A stretch of DNA of 64,000 bases from Chrysomallon squamiferum (taxonomy: Eukaryota > Animalia > Mollusca), in the NCBI GenBank assembly GCA_012295275.1, contig CM022672.1, forward strand, positions 23,808,001 through 23,872,000, written 5' to 3'. The translations under genes and the position numbers were made by a program. A model generated the notes under the pieces. The model did no database searches. It saw only the letters and a list, made by a program, of their open reading frames with translations, and was not told the DNA's origin. Positions 46,701-64,000 of this stretch are shown in pieces (the first letter of the stretch is position 1; every line of letters starts with the position of its first letter).

Positions 46701-47877
46701 TCCATCACAAATGTAGGCTGTTTGGTTGTGTGAAAAATAATGTATTTTACAGGCATTTCAGGACAAAAAATGTCCTTCAAAACAGGACATTTGTCAACTT
46801 GTTAGTTTTTAGAGACAGACACAGTTATAATATTTTGTGTAACTGCAATCAGAACCTTGCATAAGGTAAATAATCAACATGTAATTAATAGTTGTTACAA
46901 TTTACTGAATTTAAAAGTATTTTATAAATTGTACTGGCATTTTGAGACATAGCGTCAATTGGTGAAAAATCCTCTTTATTTACTTAGTTATAGCGGAATT
47001 GATAAATTGCTGACCTCTTCCTCTGGTGCTATTATTTCACTATTTCTAAAAGCCAAGCTTTTTTCCAGGAATTCTGAAGTTGCTTCTTCAAACTTGCAGG
47101 CATGTTCTAATCCTCCAAGTCTCCAACTTCCATCAGTTGTCACGAACAGAGAGACACACACACACATTGTTGTGACATATACCAACCTAGCAAATTACAG
47201 ACTGGTATTTTAACAATAAAAATATTAATTAATAAAAAAAAAAAAAAAAAAAAAAAAATTCTTTAGTCAGTAACACTATAGAGTGTATTGTAAATATATA
47301 TATAGGTATTGAAATGCTGAATATAAAATAATGATAATAATTTTAAATTAATATGTCCACTTACAGCTAAGTACTGAAATGCTTAATTTAATAATTCTCT
47401 ACATATATAATATAATATAATTATATAGGGATTAAAATTTTTAGCTGTGTATTTACTCTTATGAAGTGCAAAATTAAAATTTCAAAAAAAAAAATTTAGA
47501 ATACAAAATAAAATATGTATATTAGTGAATTTAGTCTCATTAAAAATATACATATTTATGCTGAAATACTTAATTTAAAATAATAATAATTTAACAATGA
47601 TGTGTAATCTCACAGTATCATGAAGAAAAACTAGTGCTTTCAGGACACTGTGAAGACCAGCACAGATCTCAATGGGTGACAGTGTTGGAAATAATGGCTC
47701 CAAAGGTTCAACTTGTTCAGTTACTAGATAGAATGATCCATCAACATTTTCCCCTGTTGAGATATACTTCAAGATATCAGGGTGACGCAGTGCTTTCAAA
47801 TTCTAAAAACAAAGAAAAAAATAATAAATATTACAAATACCACAGTTAAAAAAAAAAACAAAAAAAAAAAAAAAAAA

Positions 47878-47910
<33 letters not shown>

Positions 47911-48752
47911 AAAAAAAAAATCTTTTTCAATTTCCCTATTAGTTTCATTTTAATTTTTATACCTTTTAAAAAAAAATCTTTTATTCAAATTTTATTTGTG
48001 TATTAAAAATAATGAGAGATAAACAAATTTGTATTTTTATTATCTTTGTTATTTGTGCAACATATTCACCAGGTAAATAATCTATGAAAATTATTATAAA
48101 CATGCAACAATGAAAATATTGAATTTTTAAAAATTTTATCTCCAACACTGATGATCATTTAACAATAAGATCCATTTCTTTAATTTAACTTGTTAACATA
48201 TTACAAAATCTGTAATTAGAAAAAAAAAAAAAAAAAAAAAAAAAATTTAAAAACAAATTGAAATACAAAACTGTGAAATCAAAAATCAAAATACAAGAAC
48301 AAAAAAGTATAAATAGCATTTAAAATAAAAAATATATAAATAAAAACTATCACATGAAAATTCAACAACTTCCTTATAAATATAAACATATGTGAAGACA
48401 TTTCCTGTGATATATTTTACAGTCAGCACAGCATAACCTGAAAATAATATTTTAGTCAAAAAACGTAACTGCCAGTACAAATATAATTTATTTTCTCATT
48501 GTACGATTAAAAGAAAATGATTGTAGGCTGCAAAATTGCTATACTTTGTTATGCTATTCAATAATAATGTCATACTTTCGTGCCCCTTTCAAGCAAATCC
48601 AGAGCTTTCTTATTATTCTTCTTCTGCTGAAAAACTGTAACTTTCGTTTCATCTTTCAGTTCGGCCTTAGTCATTTTCCAATCCATGTCTGACGATATTG
48701 TTATTTCTTCTCCCCATTCACAATCAGACAACACACTGTTTTCAGAGCCCAT
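40728..48752 (-). CDS. SCYL3: SCY1-like pseudokinase 3 (PACE-1), ~13 coding exons; apparent 1-nt frameshift at ~47150
   Basis: N-terminus MGSENS (myristoylation-type), then [67 protein letters not shown]-region [41 protein letters not shown] and C-terminal [13 protein letters not shown]. Exons approx. 48576-48752, 47614-47802, 47015-47186, 46095-46194, 45752-45857/45905, 45296-45373, 44800-44939, 43895-44094, 43321-43461, 42828-42913, 42145-42269, 41075-41833, 40728-40781. Confidence 0.93.
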
Positions 48753-48899
48753 ATTTTAGATCAACATTTCAATTAAAATTATGCAGGATAAAGTCAAAAT
48801 ATGTCCAAAATGATTAGGACCCAGTCTATTATGAAAACAACTGAAACGTGATTGACAATGTAATATAGATAAAATTATAATTGATACCATCGGCGATGG

Positions 48900-49300
48900 T
48901 GTTGTTGGCACGATCAGTGTCAATTATGTCCCTTGAACAACATGCACAGTAGACTGGTCCTTTATTATTTGAGAATGTAACACATAAATCCGGAAACAGT
49001 CAACATAGTTAAGAACGCTTAAAATATTTTTGGGGTTTTGTGAATCGTTTCATTAATGTGATGTAAGCGTTTCAAAAGGTCTTCTTATTCCGCACTTCCT
49101 TAGTGTATTTCATTAACACATGTTCAGATAAAATGCAATTAAAGCATTATTATTGATGGCAGGGGCATATCTACGGAAAATGGTAAATATCGCCTAATCG
49201 TAATGCAAGGACTGAAATCGCGCCCATATCCTAATACCCAGCACAGTTTAACAGAATTTCCTCAGACGTCAGAACAGACGAAATAAAAAAAAATAAAAAT
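48900..49300 (-). promoter_or_regulatory. Probable SCYL3 promoter/5' region
   Basis: CpG-containing patch directly upstream of the ATG, with ETS-like CCGGAA/CTTCC motifs (~48990, ~49095), contrasting with the CpG-poor gene body. Confidence 0.4.
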
Positions 49301-49846
49301 AAATAAATAAATAATAATAATAATAATAAAATACCAGTTCGATTTTTAGGTTTTTAGGCTATACTTCTTGGGTCATGTGAAATGGTCTAGATCAGTATAC
49401 CAGGAAAAAATTGATATAGATTGACGTAATTCATTCATAGTCTACATGTACTAGCATTTATTGGCAGCAATGCATCTTATCTGATCTTTTCCATAGTATA
49501 ATGCATATTATGTACACATTGGATCAGTTAATGATTCACATAATACCTCAGTCAGACTATTTTGCCCGGACCGATATAGACGATTACATTTATAGTGTTG
49601 CATGAATGAATGAATGTATGACTAAAACATTTTTATTTTTTTTTATTATTATTATTATTTTTAAACTGGCATCGCAATAGCTTTTTGTAGCATGACGGTA
49701 CATATTCACCAGTTTATTTTAAAATTATTAATTTGTGTTTCTTTTGTTTGGTTGGTTTTGAAATATTCATCCTAATGTAACTGAAGAAAACCGATAAAAT
49801 GCCTTAAGGCCTACAACACCTCCAGCGCTAATCAGAAAACCGTGGT

Positions 49847-49889
<43 letters not shown>

Positions 49890-49999
49890 CTTTAATAGTG
49901 GAACACTTGAAATTTGCTTGAGATATCCATTAATGAAGTGCCCGTATGATTGCTGTTTACATCTAAATGAATAAATATATTCCCTTTTCCACAACGTGC

Positions 50000-50046
<47 letters not shown>

Positions 50047-50841
50047 CCTTGAAAAACAACAACAAAAACCAAAAGAAAACGCTTCAGTTTTGTATCGGTA
50101 TCAGTAGTAAAGCGAAAATGATAGCACAATTGTGAGTAAAACCAATAGTAACAATGACAAAATTACCAAGAGTTGTTTCCCTTACACCACTAAACAAATT
50201 TAACACCGCTTTACGATCGGTCTATTTTGTTAACATAATTAATTCCTCAGATTTCTTCGGATGGTGGCTCCAATATTTTTTTATTGTTAGGTTTACTGAA
50301 ACCAATTAGTTTTTCACAAATAAATCAAGATGGTCAGAATGAAGATATATTAAATCAAATTTAGATTATTCATTAGTGTTTCATTCATAATATTCATTAA
50401 ATATTTTGTTAAATAAGTAGGGAAATATTTCAACGTCTTGAATTTGTATCAGGATATTTGTACTGGATCTGGTGAATTATGTGTAATATTTACCACAAAT
50501 AGAAACAAATTACAAACACAACAATGACTGATAGCAGTTTATTGCTTAAAATATGTAAAAATAAACAGCAATGATGTCAAAACAATCTTTAACTACATTT
50601 ATTTAATATATAGTATATATGTAGACAAAATTAATGAAAGAATGACAGTTTAGAAGAAAATCTGCTAAGCAATCCAAAATGATTTGCAAAAGAAAGACTT
50701 CTAGCATATTTGAATACTATTTTTTAATTAATGATTTCAATCACACAATTTTCACTGATTTTGGAATGTCTATTATTTTTAGCATATCACTGGAATTGTT
50801 TAAAATTGGGATAAAATACCTTTTAATTAATTAATTAATAA

Positions 50842-50881
<40 letters not shown>

Positions 50882-53800
50882 TACAGTCCTAATTAACAGC
50901 TAACTCTAAATAGTTTTCAGCAAAAACTGGAACTGATCGATCAAACAAAACTGATGTTTAAATACTTTTTGTATCAATACTTTTTTCTTTCTGTTTTAAT
51001 ACTACATAAAAAAATAAAGTTAAAAAATAATTTCAAAGACAACTCTTCAGACATTACCTTTGATTATAAATAATTTCAAATCCAAAAGTATTTATTAAAT
51101 TAAATTGCATACTTTTTTATTTTTTTAACTGAAAATGAATGTAAAATAATAATAAATTTACTTTTAATGTTTATTTTGTCATTTCAGAAGTAAATTTGAT
51201 AACAAATGAATAACAAAACACTCATGGATACTAAATGAATAAAAACAGCTCACAAACAGAAATACATTATTCATATTTACTGAACATAAAATAATTAAAA
51301 TTAAGTAAAAATGAGGAAACCATGCATGTCATGATATGTATCTACAAAAAATTATAATTATTTTATTGAAAAAATGTAATATTACCCAATGCAACTACAA
51401 AATGTATATCTTGTGTAAAATTATATTTAAATTTATAGAGTAAGATAATAGTTAAACAAAAGCTATACACGTTTAGATTTGATTACTAATCTTTTCTTTG
51501 ATTATATTCAGTTTAAATAGCATTGTACTGCAACATGAAAATTAATAAATAATTTTTTTTTAAATTATAAAATTAAAAAAGTAATAATAAAAATTAATGT
51601 GAAAAAGAATCCCAACAAGTTTAAAGCTTTTTCAATGCTATTTTGTTTTTGTTTTTTTAATCTCTTTACTCATTAATGAAATCAGCTTTCCTAAAATTAA
51701 CCAGAATGATCTTTATTGCTTCCAATGCAATAAAAACATGATATATGAAAGGAGACTGATATAGATAATACTCTGATGATTTCACAAAACCAAGCAAAAA
51801 ACTTAAATCACAACAAATTTTTCAATGTACTTTTGAACACAAACAAAACAGCAAAAAGCATAAAAGCTTTTATATAAGTATACAAAGCTGCAGGCAGAAA
51901 AAAATTTAATAATAAAAAAGAATAAAGAACAACCTTAAAATATCACAAGCTAGCATTAGATGCATGAAATAAAGAAAACATTAGATTAAACTGAACACTT
52001 ACAAAACAACATGAAAAAATAGTTTTTCATAATCCGTTAATATACATATAAATAATAGAGCATAAATGTCTTTATCACCATTGTATGATAAAAGAAAGAT
52101 GTGCACAAATTTTATGTTTACTATCTGACATTTAGATATATAAAAATGCTAATTATGAAACTAACAATACCACAAAAAAAAAAAATTTGTATTCAAGAAA
52201 ATGTTACTAAACATGATAAATATCTTCAAAATTATTCTGATGAATGTGCAAAATTATGCCTCTTATTTAAATTATGTAAAACAATATAAACTTATGATCC
52301 AAATAAGAGATTCATATATTTTAATTTACAACAAAATCTTTTTCAGTGTAAGCACAAATATATAAATAAAAACTTCTCCAAAACAATCTTAGACAATTTA
52401 TGAACAAAATAATGATTGATCAATTTATTGCAAGTTATTAATGTTTATGTACATCACTGTTATATTTCTTTAAAAGAAATGTGAACAGTCATCAGATACA
52501 ATGAACTGTTCCATGTAGCATCTGTCTAAACCAGATTCTATTTCCATTTTCTCTAGCTGTACATTTTATATTTTCAACTATAGTCACAATTTCCAAATAA
52601 AAGCCAAAACTGAATAAGGAATTGATGATATGCAGCTGCAAGTCAAACAAGATTATAATCAATCATTAAATAGGAAACTATGCATGTCACAATATATGTC
52701 CATAAAAACTTTACAAATAGTTTATTAATAAAACAAAACATTAAAAAAATTAACATTACCCAACCCAAGTACAGTTAAGTTTTAAAATGCAAATATTTAA
52801 ATTTATTATTTTAGTTCAATATAGGTAGTTTTATTTTTTATTTGTAAATAAAATCCCAGAAAATAAATGATTTTCAAACACCGGAAGTAAACTTAATACA
52901 GTGACAGTTCCATGAAGTTTAACAATAATGTTTTAAAAAGATGTAATAAATTTTGAATTATATAATCATTTACTGGATAATATTTTTAATCATATGTAAT
53001 TGTGTTTAGCAATGATCATCTAGGGTTAACTATAGTCTAGAAGTTACAAATTGTCTTTGACAAAATCACTGAAATTTCATATTTGTGTTATCAACTGCAA
53101 ACTGGTAATAATGACTATACAATACACATATTCGATGTTCTGCATTTTGCAGGTTTTTGAAAATACATCATGTGTTCATAAACATTTGTTCCCTCATATT
53201 TAGAGAAAAAAAAAGAAATATAGTCTAAAAGGAAATCTAGTATTCTTAAATTAACAAATGCTAATTTCAAATGAAATTGAATATATATATATATATAAAA
53301 AAAAGTTTTATTAGTATTTGTTTAAGCATCTAAATAATCTTATAATGCAGCTTCTTAATTTTGATAAAAATATATATTGCACATAGAATATTAGGCACTT
53401 GTTACCAGTGTAAAACAAGAAATCCACAAAAAGCCAGTATTTATATACAGTTTTTCAAACAGCACAACATAATGTCCATGTAGGTAGGTCTCAATAGACA
53501 CTCAAGAAAAATTATCAGCTCTACTGAACACCACATGGTATACAAGATCACAACTTACAGGGAATTTAATAGCTGGATAAATATTTTTAAACATCTGATG
53601 TAGTGTTAACTAAGTGGTTTATCAAAGATTTTTTAAGGAACAGACAAGACTATACTGGAATGTGCTATAAAACTTAATATCAAGAATAATGTGGTTTATC
53701 ATACATATTTATAAATCTACTTTTCTTTTTAAAGTGTACCTTTGGTGATATGATGAATTGATTAAATATATTCTGTGTCAAATTTGATTTGTTGTTGTGT

Positions 53801-55960
53801 TTAGTTTTATTGCCACTATTATTAATTTCTTTTTATTTCTTCTTTCTATCCAAATTTAATTAGAAAGAAAAATCAATTATTTTCAAACATCTGGGTGACT
53901 CCTTATCTTTTTAGTCATGACGTCATCTCATATATAGCAACCAATGAAAATTTTCACTTCTTCTAAAGTCAGACAAAACATAGTTATTAAAGCAATGATA
54001 TCATGAAACCACTAGTAAAAATGTTTAATGGCAGTATCTTTTTTACCAATATTAGTTTACTATCATATATTGCTATGCACACAAAAAAATAAATAAATAA
54101 AAAAATAAAATAAAATAACAGCATGGAAGTATGAATAGTCTTTAACCTTAGACTATTTCTTCATACTGAAACAGGTACACTTTAAGTCTACTAATAAAAT
54201 TATAGGTATTCTGAAAAAGAAATCTTAAAAATTACACAAAGTGAGAAAATATTAAATGGGGACACAAAAGTGAGTAAATGCTTAAGACACTAAATCTATA
54301 GAAATGCTTGATATGTAGGTATACTATGTATAAAGTAAACAATTTTCCAGGCCAAATTTTGGAAATAATTATTCAAAACTGCACCTTAGATGCTTATGTT
54401 TATAAAACACTTTGCTTTAACTTAATTACTGTCCTAAATTAAAGAGATACTCCCCAAAATCTGAATGTAACTGACTGACTAATTTACTCCCAACTATAAA
54501 ACATCTGTCAGTAATCCAACCAGTACTGAAACACATGCTTGGAATGAAAAAACTTCTGTTTATAACTTAGGTAGTAAATGTTATGTGAAACTGATGTTAA
54601 ATAATTGCAGATATGTACAATCTGCATATTCTGCCAAATACTCCCACTGATTGAACAGACATATACTAATTATAAATTGAAAAAATAAATTAATTAATAT
54701 ACATATATAATAAAATAAAAACTTTCACAAGAAATTAAAATCATTGTGTTTTCAAATGCTTTCCTACTTCTGAAAACACATTTGTAAGTAAATATGGAAG
54801 TAGAGAAAATAACATGTCAAAGAAACTGGCTATCACAATTTTTCTGTTTAGCTACATCCAGTTCAGAATGAGCTAAAAGAATGTATTTTACAGCATGAGC
54901 ATCAATCTACGAAAATATTAAATTAATTATACATCTTCAAAATCACTGGTCTGAACATCAGCTAGAATAATGCTACTATCTAGCAAACTTTATAAAAACA
55001 ATAATAATTATAACAAATAGTACTTTAAATTATAAAAACGAACTGCCTGTTGTTAAAAGACCTAAAACTAGTGTGCTGCTGTCACTCAGTATATTCAATA
55101 AACCTTTGAACACTGGAGCCAAAACTAGATGCATGCAAATCTATTGAATTGTCTCAGTTATAAAATAGTTTCCATTTTATATGCACAGACTTTTATTATT
55201 TACTTAGATGATGTTACTTAGACAGCAAATAAATTGTGATTTTAAAACTTGTTTTAGCAAAGTTACTAGTAAATACTCACATAACAAAACATTTATTAAA
55301 ACAAACGTGAATAAGAACAATTATTTACAAAGTATCTGTAAAAAAAAAAAAAATTGTTTGGTAGGCCCATTTATTTTTTTTTTTTTTTATATGAAATCCA
55401 TAGGCAACAAACAGTTAATTTTCAATAAGCAACCAGATATAGCCAATGAATAATATAGTAATTCAGTAGAGTGAGGCACAAGTGTATAAAAAGTGGGTGT
55501 GCAGTGCATGCATGTTTATTTCTGTTGTGTGTTCGGCAAGTATGGCTATTTATTTATAAAATATAGTGATTTTATAACTGCCTTTTACATCAGAAATATA
55601 GTTATATAATGAAAAACTTAGAAAAGCTAAAAAATGACATGGAAAATGTACTATTATTTTTTCTTAAAAAGAAAAGCTTGTTAACTCATTAAAAAAATAT
55701 GAAATATAAATGTTTAAATAAATGTTATTAATATTCTTCCATTTTGTCAAGCTAAGCCTTTGCTTCATGCAATGAACAGAATTATTAGCATCTAATTAGT
55801 AATATATGACATTACAACCAAAGAGATCAAATCATTATAGAAATACTGAAATAAAGTTTTAAAACAATCCAAATAACATAAAAGGTCAGTAATTAGCAAA
55901 CAACTACAAACATGTCAAAACCTAAAAATAAAAGAAGTTACAAAATCATTATTTTTGTCA

Positions 55961-60712
<4,752 letters not shown>

Positions 60713-60779
60713 AACTGTATGCAAATTTTGAACAAATTTAATAATTTAAAAGAATTGAATTTTGCATATTTTCTTAGAA

Positions 60780-60910
60780 TTCAACTGGCCATGCTGATAA
60801 TGAAAAAAATGGCGTAACAACATGCAATAAACTGTTTTCAAAGGGTATTAACAAAACGGAAAATGCCGAACATATTCGGAAATATCCGAAATGCAGCCAG
60901 GTACACGTAA
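60780..60910 (-). promoter_or_regulatory. Probable promoter of the MEGF9-like gene
   Basis: CpG-containing patch ~100-200 bp upstream of the ATG, with AAAATGGCG (YY1-like) and repeated CGGAA (ETS-like) motifs. Confidence 0.4.
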
Positions 60911-61184
60911 TGTCATTTATTTTTATTTTTTAATTTTTTTTTTATTTTGAAAAATATTTTCTCAATTTAATAAATTAAAAAAAAAAAAAATTAATACGAG
61001 CTGACACATCATTTTAATATTTTTTGTTGACTTGAAAGACGTATCACACTGTCATAATTTCAAAATTTCAAAATTTCAAATAATTTTAATAAACGTACAA
61101 ATATTTATATTTTTTCTTTGAACCACAAAATAAATAAATGCAGTAAATTTAAATTTTATTACAAATTAATTTTTACAACTATTA

Positions 61185-61222
<38 letters not shown>

Positions 61223-62134
61223 TTTTTTTTTTTTTGAGAGATGATTTTTTCCATAGCACGGTTTCTATGAACATTATTGGCATCATGACTGCAGTCAAAA
61301 GGCTTAAACCAAAGTTTAATATTTTCCATCTGTATGCTTCATTTAGAAACAAAACTATATGATATCTGAATGAAGAAAGACAAAGCACTCAAACTAGGTA
61401 GCCCAGTTTTCTTTGACCAACATTTGTTAATGGTTGGACAATTATGCACTGGGATTTTATTTCATAAAAATCTGATACAGTGACAGTTTCATATTAATGC
61501 TGATTTATTTTTCAATTTATAATTATTAATTTAATTAATATTATTTTATATATTGATATCTATTCCATTTCATTGTAAACAATAATAACAAATAAATGAT
61601 AAAATTCAATCTGATAGCACTCCAAAGTATTTCAAATAAACTATGAAAGAAAGGATTAATACACAGTGTAGTAGTTTGTTTTGTGCATATAAATATTCAC
61701 TGATATCAGTGTAATTCTATGCAACCAATTAAGAATATCATTTAAGTTAGTCTTTAAAGTAAAGAAAATATAATTAATGATTGTTGATGTGCTAACAGAT
61801 CAGAGCTATACAAATTCTCCAAATGTGACCAGTTCTTTAGTTTGTCAGGTTATTAAATACACTTTTGGATGAGTGAGTCCAGAAATCTCTAAAATTACAG
61901 GATTTTATATATACCATATATAACATAAATGTACTTCATGAAGAAATACAAACAGAATATTTAAATATACTTTCATTAAAAGAATTAATATCAAAACTTA
62001 TACAAAATGAATAAATGAATGAATTTTCATTAATGACATTTCTACATTAATGAATAGGATATTAATATATTTATATTAAACTTGTATCCAGAATTAACTA
62101 ATAAAAAATAAATATACAGGGGAAAATAGAAATA

Positions 62135-62420
62135 CAGTGGTACCTTGAGTTTAATTTGTTCCATGACTGAGCTCGTAACTCAATTTGCTCATATATCAAA
62201 TCAATTTTCCCACATGAAATTAAGTGATATACCATTAATCTGTTCCAGCCCCCCAAAACCACCCCTGTTCTTTGCACTCACTTTCTAACAATCCATGGTC
62301 AGAAAAAAGAAATTTGGCAAAATACTGCACAAAACATGAACAAACACAATAGAGATGCTTCTGCAGCAAGGTAACCACGTGAAATAAACAAGTGAGACGT
62401 GTAATGCTGGCCAGATGTTG
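62135..62420 (+). mobile_element. Truncated pogo/Tigger-like (Tc1-mariner) MITE end in the DHPS 3' region
   Basis: TA followed by a CAGTGGTACCTTGAG terminus, then gagctcgtaactcaa...ccattaatctgttccagcccc, typical of Tigger-like MITE ends. The other TIR was not found. Confidence 0.6.
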
Positions 62421-62478
62421 TGTTGTATTTAAAACATAAATACATTTTAAAACAGTTTTAAAAAATTGGGTTACTAAA

Positions 62479-63683
62479 TTATTTAATTATAAATTCCTTT
62501 TCTCTTCTTGCAAATGTTTCTGCAACAAGCAGTGGAAAGATAAGTGTTGCTTCAGCATATATCTGAAAAACAAATAATTTTAAAGAAATAAAATATTCAA
62601 ATCAATATATATGTGTAGATAAAAAAAAAGACGAGAGAAAATCTTTATAAACAACTTTAAATTTATTTTGTACCATGGGGAATTTATTTATTTATTTTGT
62701 TTATTTTATTATTTTTTTTTTCTCTCTTTATACATTATAGCATGTAGATTTAATGAAAAAGCAGCAGAATGGTAAAGAATTTTATTTCACTGCATAGCAT
62801 TTGATATCTGTAAATCAGAAGATGTGTACACACATACACAAATAAAATGGTGCATTCATATGTAAACAATAAATTAAAATACCTTGACTGGTGTGGCAGA
62901 CATCTTTATTTTACCCCAAGACACAGCTTCGTCTGGCCTGGCTCCAGAATCACTTCCATCAAACTCATTTCCAGTGTTAAGAAACACTGAAAAGTCAGCT
63001 CCATTTCTCTGAAAACACAACATTTTCATTTCACATTTATTAAAAAAAAGAAAAGAAAAAAGGACCTGCACTAAAAAAAACCTCAGGCAAACAATTTATA
63101 ATACAAGTAAGTTGTAACCTGAACAATACTAATAAATAATAAATACTAATCTTCAATCAAAAAATATTTTGTCTGAAAAGTACAGTTACCATAAGATTTG
63201 CATTGCATGTGTGATGTTTCACAACTCCTCCCCCTAATATAATCATCCCAGTATTTTGTGCAAATACAGCTTGACTGTTCAGTCGACGAATATCTGAAAT
63301 ATAAAAATATTTAAATATCAATAAATTAACAGAATATCAGTGAAAATTATATAATGATATTCAAATTAGTGTTTCTTCAGAATACAATTAAATTTTAATT
63401 TACAAATATACTACTAACCAAAAAAAAAAATACTGTACTCTTAATGCATACCTTAATTAAAATGGGGATCAACTTCTTAATGAGGTAATATGAGAATGTC
63501 TTTAATTTGTTTTTATATTTTAAAACTCAGAAAACAGAACAGCTGATACAGCAGTTAAAGCTATGAAAACATTGTACCTTCTACAATGTCAATAACAAGT
63601 CCAGGTTTTCTGTAGGAATGAAAATATATAATATCACCAAGTGAACCATCAGTAATAGCTGGGCAGAAAACTGGAATGTTATT
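62479..63683 (-). CDS. DHPS: Deoxyhypusine synthase, last four coding exons (5' part lies beyond the window end)
   Basis: Exons 63578-63683 ([24 protein letters not shown]), 63190-63293 ([20 protein letters not shown]), 62883-63008 (RNGADF...[19 protein letters not shown], active-site Lys kept) and 62479-62562 ([18 protein letters not shown]...*). Confidence 0.97.
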
Positions 63684-64000
63684 CTGAAAGACAAGAAAAA
63701 ATATGTGTAATGGTTTAAAATAAAAGTTTAAATAAAAGAAAATGTTTTAAAAGAAAGTAATGTATGCATATATACATACATATAAAATAACAATAATAAA
63801 ATAAATAAAACCACTAAGTTATTTAATGTGCTTGAACTAATTATAATCTAAGACTTACATTTCGTATTATCCATCTTTAAATTCATTGTTTTCTCAGTTG
63901 TGTAACAATTATTATTGCATTACATTTTATCTCTACATCAATGCCACTGTGCATAACAAGGTACCAAAAGGAAAATAAAAAAAGTATATGCCAGTATATT

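Overview
This is AT-rich, microsatellite-dense eukaryotic genomic DNA. Its composition resembles a coleoid cephalopod, but that assignment is an inference. Four intron-containing genes lie in tandem on the minus strand: (1) a 28-exon insulin-degrading-enzyme (IDE, peptidase M16A) paralog at 3274-34985; (2) SCYL3/PACE-1 at 40728-48752; (3) a MEGF9-like type I membrane protein with an FN3-like domain and laminin-EGF domains at 55961-60712; (4) the last four exons of deoxyhypusine synthase (DHPS) at 62479-63683. The IDE paralog keeps an IDE-like exon series but reads HFCGR in place of the zinc motif HFCEH, with both changes explicable as single A>G substitutions, and its exosite Glu is replaced by Lys, so it looks like a pseudo-peptidase. 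Its introns hold a near-perfect inverted repeat pair bracketing 10 exons (a circRNA/dsRNA configuration), two diverged ~1.5 kb paralogous coding-like segments (tentatively RGS22-like), a partial exon duplication and an RTE LINE relic. Each of the three complete genes has one apparent 1-nt frameshift in a short repeat, which points to consensus errors in the assembly. Most short ORFs in the track are microsatellite artefacts.
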